Source: the human T2T-CHM13v2.0 reference genome, Homo sapiens
DNA length: 64,000 bases
Assembly (NCBI RefSeq): GCF_009914755.1
Contig: NC_060933.1
Direction: 5' to 3' (one strand)
Under the pieces are notes generated by a model, which saw only the letters and a program-made list of their open reading frames with translations, had not been told where the DNA came from and did not search any database. Made by a program: the position numbers and the translations under genes. Below, piece after piece: positions 52,169 through 64,000 of this stretch. Each line of letters begins with the position of its first letter. Positions within the stretch are counted from its first letter, which is position 1.

Positions 52169-55064
52169 ATACCCATGTCTTACTGAGAAGAGGGAAGGTG
52201 GGAGAAGTTACTGGAAGTCCCTAGAATGAGGGTTGAAGACCCTGAATGGTAACAATTCCCCCAAAGAGCCAGTGCAGCCCCAGAGGGAAAGGATGTCCTG
52301 GTCACACTGGCCAGGGCGTGGAAGGGCACAGTCAGCCTGGCTTTGAAGCTCAGAAGGAAATGGAAGATAACACTAAGACATAACATTGACCCAAATGAAT
52401 TTTGGACCTGAACAGAATGAGAAGAAGAAACAAAGAACCAACATCAGAAAAAGCAAGAAGATAGCTGAGATGAAAACTCTACCTGAAGACCAGAGAGGCA
52501 GAAAAATGAGAGAGGACAGCTGGAAGACAAAAGGAGTGAAAAGAAGGTAAGAGATAGGAAGTATGAAGAAACAGAGTCCAGAAACAGGAAAGACTACATC
52601 AAACAGAAGGGGAAGAGAGAAAAAGAAAAGAGAGTTTGAGGCATTCAGTTCCCAAGGATGAGCTGGTCTCTCACTGAAAAAAGGGACCAGACACTTCAAA
52701 CACCACACAACATGGGACTAGAATCAGCCTGCAGGGCCCTGAGAAGTCCAGGCACAAAAAGAACGGAAAAAGATGAGTTTACAAGTTGGGGATGAGATTC
52801 TTCCTAAGGCTGGTCTAGGGAAGAATTAACATACACAATGTATAAATAGTTTAATTTTTTTCTAACTTTTAAAATTAACAAAATTTATTAAGGGACATAG
52901 TAGTGCTTTGTGGGCACAGAAAAGTGACTCATATTTACCAAGCATTAGGCACACTATTAGCATTATTTTCCAGAATCTTTAAGAACAGCCTATAAAGAAA
53001 CGTATTATTATTCCCATTTTTCAAATGAGGAAACAGATCTGGAGAATATCTTGCTCAGGGTCATAGAACAAACAAGTGGTAAATTTGAACCCAAACAGCT
53101 TTGACTGCAAAGCTTTGGTTCTTTCCACTATATCAGCAATTTAATGAGATGTTTTAAAAATGCTTCATCGTGATATTGGCCTCAAAAGCTGGGGATGGCA
53201 CCTATGCTTCCTAATGTTGGAATAAGCAACATGGCAGCATAGTGTGGGGAGAAAATGCTAAGCCTAGGAGTCAGACCCCGATTCAACGTACAACTTTACT
53301 CTTTAATCTTGGACAACAGACATTACCCTTTCGAGCCTCGGTTTCCTCATCAATGAAATGGAGATAATAATACCAATTTGCCCCTGCTAGTGCTGTTTGA
53401 AGCCTTCAATGTAATAATATATGAAAAATGTAAAATGGTATCATTATCCGGTGCAACTTAGTCTGTTGAATAGTGTCGCACTGAGATTGCCTTTTGGTGC
53501 CTCAATGCAACAGTGACAAGAGGACCAGAAATGGGAAAGCTTTCAATGAGAAACAAACTGGACTCCCAAATTGCTCTTTGCCACCCACAGAATAAATAAA
53601 CCTTATGCTGGAAAAGCAGGAGACACGCAACACTGTTCTTGATGTTAACAATTCAAAACTTTTTAAAGGCAGTCTGATATTTGTGGGGATACACACTATT
53701 CTGTAATCGAATGCAATTGTGTTTTCTATTCTTGTCTGAGTAAAGCTGATCTTTGATTTGATTTAGTTCAAGTAATATTTCAACATTGCAGTGCAGCGTT
53801 GCTCCCCACCCCCACCTGCTTACAGCCCAGCTGGGCCCAGGCCCTTGCCCTGGATGGAAATCAAAGACCTGGTTTCTGAGATGCAGCCTGGCTTTGACAG
53901 GTCTGGGAAAACTCATGGTAGTGGAAAGGTTTCCAAATATAAAATTCTAAGGCCTCAAATCAAAACTTTTGACAAGTGCATACATACAGAACGTGAATTG
54001 CAATCACCTAAAGATTTCAAAGAATTTCCATTTTGATGACATAATGTTGACACATGTATCACCAGATCTCCCAACAAGATGACACACTGGGGTTCCACAA
54101 GGACAGAAAATATAGTCTGAGGCTGTAACCTCAACTTTAGCAGCTGCCTGAATGGGTGAGGGGGTTCAGACAGAAAATGAGAAGTGGCTGTGAGTCACAG
54201 GATGTTCTTTCTAGATGGGCCTTGGGAAACATTCCATCGGTGCCTGAAGCCAGGAAGTGGAGTGAATCTGGCATTTCTTTCAGAAGCCCTCTTGTCTCCT
54301 TTCTCATCCCAGCCAGCCCATGCCCCATGTCCTGTGACTTTAGGGAAGCTTCTGGCTACTCAGAGCTGCTCTCTTTAGGATATAACAACAACAGAGCACG
54401 AGAAACTGGAATTCTGGTCCTATTACTGCCCCTTGCCAGCTGTGCTTTCTTAGGCAAGTTACTTGGCCTCTCTGAACTTCGGCTCCTTCATGTGTGTATC
54501 CCCTGCATTTTATGATGATTGTAAAAATGCAGTGAGCTTAAGAACAAGCCTGGTACCTATGCTGGGCCAGGCACTGTACTAAGTGCTTCCCCTTATTCGT
54601 CCATTAATTTGCCACAATAGTCCTGAGGGAGGTACTATTGTTATTCCATTTGAGGAAACTGAGGCACAGAGATGTATGGAATTATCCAAGGTTACACAGC
54701 TGATAAGCATCAAGCCAAGATTTGAACCTAGGCCATCTGGCTGCCAAGTCTGTTCTCTTAACACGAAGGTATATTTCCCAGGGAATATTTACAAGATGTT
54801 AATTTTCTACCCACTTCCCTCAACTCCCTGCCACAGCCAACTATCTTGCCATGTCACCAAAGCCACCCTGCTCCCTGGAGCTCACGTCTTTTTGATTTTC
54901 AAAAATCAAACCAGAATCAAAGGTCCACCCCACTGAGTCCTTAGTACTATCAGTAAATCTGACAGCCAGAGAGGCATGACCCTTTTCCCTAAGTAAAATC
55001 CAGTATAACCCTGGGGACTAATTTCCAAAAAGATTAGTCAGAGCCATATCAGAAAGGCCAAACA

Positions 55065-56181
55065 GGCTGGGCATGGTGGCTCACACCTGTAATCCCAGCA
55101 CTTTGGGAGGCCAACGCACCTGAAGTCAAGAGTTCAACATGGCAAACATGGTCAGGAGTTCAAAGATGGTCAGGAGTTCAAATGGCCAACATGGCAAAAC
55201 CCCGTCTCTACTAAAAAATACAAAAATTAGCCAGGCCTGGTGGTAAGTGCCTGTAATCCCAGCTATTCGGGAGGCTGAGGCAGGAAGAATTGTTTGAACC
55301 CGGGAGGCAGAGGTTGCAGTGAACCAAGATCGTGCCGCTCCACTCACTCCAGCCTGGGCAACAGAGTAAGACTCCGTCTCAAAACAAAAACAAAAACAAA
55401 CAAACAAACAAAAAAACAGAGCCGGGCGCAGTGGCTCATGCCTGTAATCTCAACACTTTGGGAGGCTGAGGCAGGTGGATCAACAGGTCAGGAGTTCGAG
55501 ACCAGCCTGACCAACATGGTAAAACCCCATCTCTACTGAAAATACAAAAATTAGCAGGGCAGCCAGCCGCCCCGTCCGGGAGGGAGGTGGGGGGCAGCCC
55601 CCGCCCGGCCAGCCGCCCCGTCCGGGAGGGAGGTGGGGGCCAGCCCCCGCCCGGCCAGCCACCCCGTCCGGGAGGGAGGTGGGGGGCAGCCCCCGCCCGG
55701 CCAGCCGCCCCGTCCGGGAGGTGGGGGGCGCCTCTGCCCGGCCGCCCCTTCTGGGAAGTGAGGAGCCCCTCTACCCGGCCGCCGCCCCATCTGGGAGGTG
55801 TACCCAGCAGCTCATTGAGAATGGGCCATGATGACAATGGCAGTTTTGTCGAATAGAAAAGGGGGAAATGTGGGGAAAAGATAGAGAAATCAGATTGTTG
55901 CTGTGTCTGTGTAGAAAGAAGTAGACATAGGAGATTCCATTTTGTTCTGTACTAAGAAAAATTCTTCTGCCTTGAAAAAAAATAAATAAATAAAAATTAA
56001 AAAATTAGCAGGGTGTTGTGGCATGCGCCTGTAATCCCAGCTTCTCAGGAGGCTGAGGCAGGAGAATCGCTTGAATCCAGGAGGCGGTGGTCGCAGTGAG
56101 CCGAGATCACACCACTACACTCCATGCACTCCATCCTGGGCAACAGAGTGAGACTCCATCTCAAAAAAAAAAAAAAAAAAG
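55065..56181 (+). mobile_element. Two tandem Alus (55065-55418; 55420-56181), the second interrupted by an SVA
   Basis: Cluster flanked by agaaaggccWaaca direct repeats. Confidence 0.88.
55560..55999 (+). mobile_element. 5'- and 3'-truncated SVA (end of VNTR, start of SINE-R, A-rich tail)
   Basis: VNTR units gccagccgccccgtccgggagggaggtggggggcagcccccgcccg; SINE-R cagctcattgagaatgggccatgatgacaatggc...ttcttctgccttg; 14-bp TSD aaaaattagcaggg at 55546-55559 and 56000-56013. Confidence 0.95.
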
Positions 56182-59100
56182 AAAGGCCTAACAAGCCAGA
56201 TTCATGCCATGAACATAAGGGAAGTGGCAGCTGAGCCACTGACTCCACACAAAAGTGCAGCTGAAGGGAGAGAGAAACTCCATACTCAGTCGGGATGGCA
56301 GGCTGCTGCCCCGGATCTCTCTGCCAGTCCTGTCCCTTTCCGCCCCTTGACCTCAACAAGGTGATATGTCCTCCAAAGGGTTCATCTCCAGCACAGTGAC
56401 AAAATGCCCAAAGATATTTCTTATCTTTTCCTGGCAAAATCCTTATAAGCTTCAGAGAGCTCCACAACCTTAAAAAAAAAAGGTATTTCAGAATCCCCCA
56501 AGTCAGGAGCCAAAGTAGGCCAGTTGCAGCCCTAGTCCTCACTGGAGAAGGCAAGATAAGGAACTCCAGGCCATGGCAGAGAACCATGTAGGCTGTGCAC
56601 TATTCAACTCAAATCATCACAGTTCTCATGGAGAGTGCCATTCACAGGGACCGCGGTGTGTATGTACCCCCAGAAACGTGTGACTTGTCAGCCCTAGGAA
56701 CAGCGTGAAAGCCATCCCTACCCGTTCTAGGCATATTCAGCAGGTCTAGAAAATGATCTTTGCGGTCCCACAAAACACTTACTGGGCTTCTAGAGTTAAA
56801 AGGTACTGGTGTGGCCATAACTTTGGACAGGGCAAGACACCTGCAGAGCTAAGATCTTGCTTGACTCAGAAGTTGCTGAGTTCCATGTACAGTAGAGAGA
56901 GGCTACCTGGCTTCCAGCCACACCATAGAATCCACAGCCCTGCCCACACCACTTGGGTCATGCCAGCTAAAAAAAGATGGAGAACTTCCCCAGATGCCCC
57001 ACAAGTCTAGGAATTGTTTCCAGACCAGCATAAGCAATGGCAAGGCTGAGGGACTGGCTATGGGGGATGTAGCAGTGGACAAGAGCCTCGCTAAGTGTGG
57101 AAACGGGGAACAGAGGGAAGCTGGGGAACTTCTCAGAGGGGATGTGAGGACGCCCTATCCCGGGAAGGCAAGAGGCTTCAGCTCCAGCATATGCACTTCC
57201 CAACTATGAGCCAAGTAGGACGTCCCAACCACTGCAAGGAGGTACCTGCTCAAGAGGGGACTGTGTCCACAGTGCAACCTGGAGTTGAATGAGAGTCTGT
57301 AGTCCAGATTTCAGAATATGGGAGAGGAGCAGGCCTTGGGACCAAGTGGATGCCTGAGCGGAAATGTTCAGTAGGAAGCAGGCTAATGAACCCATTAGGT
57401 ATCACTAAGCAATACATTTTAAGTAGCTGAAAAGGAAATACACAGTAAAAATAAGACAGCAAAGGGTCACCTCCTTCTCCCACCCAGTCATGATTCTCAG
57501 CAGCAACAACCCCATCAGAAAGGCCTTAGCTTGGGCCAGTCTGCTTCTCAGCCCACCTAAGAATGCCAGATTCACCAGAGAGGGGGCACAGCGATGGCAG
57601 GTGGCTTGGAGTGGGGAGTGAGGATGACTCCAGGGCAAGGAAGGAAGCTTTGGAAGGGGAGCAGTGCTTCTTGCCCCACCATGCCCTGGCAGGAGCAGAT
57701 GCAGGTGGGGGCCTGAGGCTGACACAAGTTGGTAGGGGGCTCTCTTTTTAAAACAAGATAGTATTTTTAAAAAATCTTACTTTTGCAAACCTTACAAAAA
57801 CATACCACTGTGTAAACATATTGCTAAGACCCCCAGAGAGGACCTTGAAAGGAGCTATGAAAAATAAAGTAAATATTTTTAGCTTCCCAGTAAATCTACT
57901 TTAGGCCTCTGGGTTCATGGCTGCCCTTCCAGAAAGCTCTGGGGGGCAATTTTGTGAAAGAAAGAAGGCCAAGACTTTTTGAAGAACTTCTGTCATCATT
58001 ATTATTCGTAGGCTCTGTTGACCTGGGCTAACACAAGGGAATAAACTATATAATACAATTTTTTAAAGCACTTTTACTTGACCCTCACAATACCCTGTGA
58101 AGTACAGGTATTTTATTTTCTCCCACCTTCATTCCACAAAGATTCACTAATGGCTCACCATGCACCCACTACTGTGCTGGGGCTTAGGATGGAACCATGA
58201 GCAAGGCGCCCACCTTGCCCTCAAGGGGCTATAGTCTAGCAGACAGCCCACATCCTTGGGTAGTCCCAGGTGATCCCCCATCCAAGTACTGACCAAGTTT
58301 CTGGGCTGAAGCATTTTCTGGTTGTTTCACCAAAGAAAGTTCCAATTTCAAGGCAAAGAAACTTAAGGCCCAGAGAGGCCGAACAAGTGGCAAAGGCCAA
58401 ACAGTCAGCCAGGAACAGAAGGGGAAGCAAAGCAACTCGAATTTATTATGTGTCAACTGTGGGCTATGAGCTTCACTATCAGTCATCCACAGACATCATC
58501 TAATTTAATGCTCAGTGACCCTCAGGGCAGCTAATCTTCAGGTAAACTCTGGGCCAGAAAGAATCAACACATGCCCAAAGTTCACACTTCATGAGGGATG
58601 CAGCATGGATTTCTTCCCAAAATGAATCTTAATACAAAACCCCACACTCACTCTTATACCAATGTTTTCCAATCTTCAATCATTTACAAACTACTCTCAC
58701 AAGTTTTACCATATTCACAGAAAATGTTTCTTTTGAATTAACTTTAATTATATTTTTCCTGTTGAACATCCTCCTAAGCAATAATTTCCATGAAATTGCA
58801 ATTGGATGTGGGTTAAAATTAAAAGTTCTCATCCACGTACTGCCTAAAATCATCCCAGATACCACACAAAACTCACCCAGAGAAACACTTATCTCTGCCA
58901 GTCTGTATCTCACAGAGACAAAATACAGACATGTCACTTTCCCTAGGGTTTCTGAGGATTTATCCAATTTTTACATCTGAGTTGCAGTCACCATAGGTAT
59001 TTAAGATGAATGAATGCTTCTCACACTGCCTTGCAAACATTAATTAATTTAGCCACCACACCACTCAACTTGTGTGCCTGTACTCTGGTTTAGGAAGAAA

Positions 59101-59794
59101 ATAATAAAATGTCTAAAAAGTTCCAGTGATGAGAAAAGTGGGTGAGGCACCCTGTAAGACTTCCTCCTTGGATTTCTTATTAGGATGATTTCAAGGATAA
59201 TTAAAAGATTTGTCCACGGCTTAATTCCTGAAATGGGAGTTCTTCCCAGTTGAAAGATTATTAAAACAGCACAATAGAGCACTGTAGAAGGAGAACTGCC
59301 TGGAGCAGCAGGGGGGTTTAGCCGTGATTTATTCCCAGAATATCCCTTCTGTGGTTGTGTAGACTTGGGACAGTCACTTCCCCCTTCTGGGTCAGATTCT
59401 TCTCTAGAATAGAAATTCCATATGGAGAGGGGCCATATTTGTTTTGGACACCTCTGTGTCTCGGCACTTAGAACAGTGATTCGCATATAGGAGACGCTCA
59501 ATATATAAGGGTTGAATGACAGAATCAACTAATTTATCTATAAATGAACTAACTGGTCTCTAAGGTCTCTTCCAATAAGTGGAAATAAAATGATGCTCTA
59601 GCCAAGGAAATCATGAGAGTATTTGAGTAGAGATCCCCATATCTACAAATCACCTGTGTATAGTCCAGCGAATTTAGCAGATGCAAGCTGAAGGGAAGAA
59701 CAAGATAAACTTCCCAACTGGATCACAGAAGCAGGAGCCCAGTGGCCCAGCACTGATTACAATATAGGCCTGAGTGGTAGTGTCTACAGAATCA

Positions 59795-60172
<378 letters not shown>

Positions 60173-61163
60173 AAAGGGTCTACAGGGGTGGTTAGTCTCC
60201 ACTGGACTGATCCAAGCTTCAAGTCTTTGTCCCACAGTTATCGATGACTGGAATGAGGCCAAAGAGAGTTGTTTATCACATCTCTAGATGACGAGAAAGG
60301 AGTATCAGATATAATACATGGCAAAATCAGAATCTAAAATGGTTTTGGGAGGATAGGATAGCATAGGGAATCTAAACATGTAAAACAGAAAAAAGACATT
60401 TTTCCCTTTAGTTCAAAAAGCCAACAATACAACAAAGAAATGGAGAACACGTAACTTGCAATTCTGCCTATTTAAAATAATCACAATTTTGTTTGAGTGC
60501 ACATGGAATATGAGTCAACAAGGTGACGTGAATGCCAAAATGCCTAATACAATCTCAGACTGCATTAACGGAAATGTAGCACTCAGAACAAGGGAGGCAA
60601 AAATCCCTTCCTCCTCTGTGCCAGAATACTTTCATAATTTCCAGTAAACTTCAAGAAGCACACAGACATACTGAAACACAACCAGAGGAGAGGCAGAAAT
60701 GGGGAGGAAAAACATTCCATAAGAGGAAAGGAGGCCATTTTGCCTAAAAAATCATGGACTTTGGGAAAACAGGGAAAGAAAAACATGAGAGCTGTCTTCG
60801 ACTATTTCAAGGAAAACAGAATTAGACTTGTTCTCTAGAAAGCATAACAGGGTGGTGAATATTTTCTAACAATTAGAGCTGTCAACACCCAGAATGGGCT
60901 ACTTAGTGAGTGGTAGATCCCCGCCCTGGGAAGGTGGGTGTGTGGTAAAGGAGGTGAATGAGGACAAAGCTCCAAACCAGATCAGCTTCAAGGATCCTCC
61001 CAGCCCTGGGAGAGACAGCACAGGAGGGCCAAGCTCATCATGCTGTGATGGGGTGTCAGTGCAGATAAACACAGGTCTCTAAGTGGGGATCCATACTGAC
61101 ATATGCCAGTCTCAGCTTCTCTCCGAAATTGACAAGAGTGCTATTCGCAATCAGCAAAAAGTT

Positions 61164-61378
61164 GGCCAGGTGCAGTGGCTCATGCCTGTCATCCCAGCCC
61201 TTCGGGAGGCTAAGGCAGGAGGATCACTTGAGCCCAGGAATTCGAGGCTGCAGTGAGCTCAGTGAGCTCTAAGGGCACCACTGCACTCTAGCCTGGGTAA
61301 CAGAAAGAGACCCTGTCTCTAAAAAAAAAAAAAACTAAAAATAAATTTAAACAAATAAAATAAGTAAATAAAAACAAA
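61164..61378 (+). mobile_element. Alu monomer (FLAM/AluJ-like) with a long degenerate tail
   Basis: Single arm; TSD aatcagYaaaaagtt. Confidence 0.82.
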
Positions 61379-61679
61379 ATCAGTAAAAAGTTACTGATTT
61401 CCTGTAGGAAAAGGCAGTGTTTCTGTGCATTTCCCCCTATACTGAAGCCTGTTTTGTGCTGCAAGACAAGCAAAGAAAGAAAGAATTTAAGAAACAGCTG
61501 CAAGGCAGAAAAGGGGACATACTGCGTGAACAGAGAGATGTAAAACAAGCACTGACATAATAATACACTCAAAATCTAAGGGACCTTCTCTCCTCAGAGC
61601 TCTGCACACTACTGTAGGGTTTTTAGATACAGATTTGGCTTCTTCACCACTTAACTCATGTCTCCAGCTTCTCAAAGAA

Positions 61680-61988
<309 letters not shown>

Positions 61989-62836
61989 TTAGTGTTGTTT
62001 TAAGGCAGTCTCCTCCACTAAGATCAGAAAGTCTGCTTGACAACTTACCCCCATCAGCCAGTCTATTTCAACTGCTGCATAAATTGCAAGGCAGAAGAAC
62101 AAGGCCAGGTGCTCAGAAATGCATCACTGTCTTAGAAAGAATACTGGCTCTCATTTATTGGGAATCTACTATGTGCCAGATACTACATTAGGTTTTATAG
62201 TTTACATTTCAAGTTAGCTGCTATTTTATAGTTGAGGAAAGTAAGGCTGAGGGGTTAAATGGCTTGGTTGAGATGTCACCACTCCAAAAAAAATCATAAT
62301 TCATATTCACTAAGTGCTTCCTATGTGCCAAATACTGTTTTTAAGCAATTACATGTTTTATCTCATTAACAGGTAAGAAGAAGTGGCTGAAAGGGTGCTA
62401 ACTAACCTATTCACAAAGTCATGCAGCCACAGGGTAATGTATGCTAGCACTTTCCTCTGCACCACGCTGTCTCTTGCTACAGAGGTAAAGGAAATATCCC
62501 CAGCTGTGCCTCTGGTCAATCAGCAGGGGCTCTCCAGTAAATAAGGAAGGACTGAGGCTTTGATCAGGGGTTGTTGCTACCTTTCTGTCTCCTGCACCAG
62601 AAGAAACATCCATGTGCAAGACCAGGACCTGCAGGTCAAGGAAACAGCATCTCGATGGCCTGGCTGCACAGCCAGGAGTTGTCTAAGTGGACACTCCAAG
62701 CACAGCCATACCTCTCTCTGCTGTGAAGCAGCACCTCCTCCATGCCACCCCTAAGACAGCTTTGCTTCCCTTTGTCATCAGGTCCCACATTGCCCATTGC
62801 CTCTTTTACTGCCCAAGGAAAGCACAGTTCTGTAGC

Positions 62837-62839
<3 letters not shown>

Positions 62840-62877
<38 letters not shown>
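62840..62877. repeat. Pure (A)38 tract
   Basis: Direct count. Confidence 0.93.
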
Positions 62878-62880
<3 letters not shown>

Positions 62881-63853
62881 AAATCTGAGTCTGGTTTAAA
62901 CTCTAGAACTTTATCATTTCTTCTTTTGCCAAATAGAAAACAAACTGGTAGGCCTTTCAGCAAAGGCCAGCCAACTCCATCCCTCCCTAAACACCAAACG
63001 GAATAAAAAGCACTTCCCTGGAGCAGTGGCAGCCATTGGTCCATGATGGGGAGGAGTAATTTATCACTGACATTGTTTAGAACCACCGGCGCATGATAAT
63101 AATAAAATGCAGACCAGCTTTTATCGGCTTCATTATTGCTTCTACATTCTCTACAGACCATGCACATGCCATTACTGGCTGCACTCAGCCAGCTGCTCCC
63201 ACCAGCCTCTGTCCCCTTGCCAGGCCACTGCCTGGAAGGCTGCTCTGATGCTATGGCAGCCAATGCCTCAGTCAGAAAATGCCCACTCCCCAGATACCTC
63301 CTGGGTGGCACACAAGAAATTGCCTGGATACTTACCAGATCAGAGGTAAAGATTTCACTTTTTAAAGACAACAAGTTCAAATGCCCATCAGACTAATTGA
63401 AATGATTAGGGGAAAATGAATTGCATTCTCTTTTTAGAAAGAAGTGCTTAACTTTCACTTATCCATATCAACTTACAACTGTAATTGCTCTTATATGCAC
63501 AGAAATACTCTGTCTATAAATCCATTCACTGCAACCATATGGCCAACTTCAGAAAAAATGCAGTTGGCAGCAATCTGCACCCCTAGCTGTCCCTAAGGCC
63601 AAGTCTGTAGTATTCTTCCCTGGGGACTTTTCTTCTGTCTTCCCAGAGAAGATTAGTACATCACTGTCTGTGGCAACCAGCTCCCCTAGTTTCTTCACCA
63701 ATGCCTCCTGGAGAGGGGCCCCACAGGCCAGCCACCAAGGAGAAAAACCCCTTGGGGAAGATCTAATGGGAACAAGCCCCAGACACCTGGGCTACTCTCT
63801 TTCCCTGGTGCAGGTCAATTTCCAATTATAAACGGATGCAGAGAAGGTTTTTA

Positions 63854-64000
<147 letters not shown>

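Noticed and set aside
55560-55760. Regular ~40-bp repeats resembling a CRISPR array
   Set aside because: Tandem SVA VNTR without unique spacers, in a eukaryotic intron
55436-56587. Several 60-180 aa ORFs (GAAGRAG repeats, Alu-like C-termini)
   Set aside because: Translations of SVA VNTR and Alu sequence
62838-63380. 180-aa minus-strand ORF (and the 159-aa ORF at 59049-59528)
   Set aside because: Non-ATG starts, no recognisable domain or clear exon boundaries; consistent with chance

Overview
Primate (human-type) genomic DNA lying wholly inside ABCA1 on the minus strand. I could place 18 consecutive coding exons (canonical exons 5-22, about aa 101-1081), each with AG/GT boundaries and compatible phases. 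They cover most of extracellular domain 1, TM2-TM6 and most of NBD1 (Walker [14 protein letters not shown] signature, Walker B/D-loop [13 protein letters not shown]). The rest is intron rich in Alu, MER5, L1, MaLR/ERV LTR and microsatellite sequence, and nearly all long ORFs in the supplied track are Alu, repeat or exon-readthrough artefacts. I found no evidence of a new multi-gene biological system. The structures most worth a second look are: a pure (CCCCCA)20 expansion grown out of a MER5A; two local non-tandem duplications (161 bp and about 375 bp) that look like templated insertions; a doubly truncated SVA nested in an Alu with a 14-bp TSD; a sense-oriented solo LTR7 with intact TATA but mutated poly(A) signal; a fused inverted Alu pair; and an in-frame alternative terminal exon in intron 7. 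Repeat subfamily calls come from recalled consensus sequences and their boundaries are approximate.
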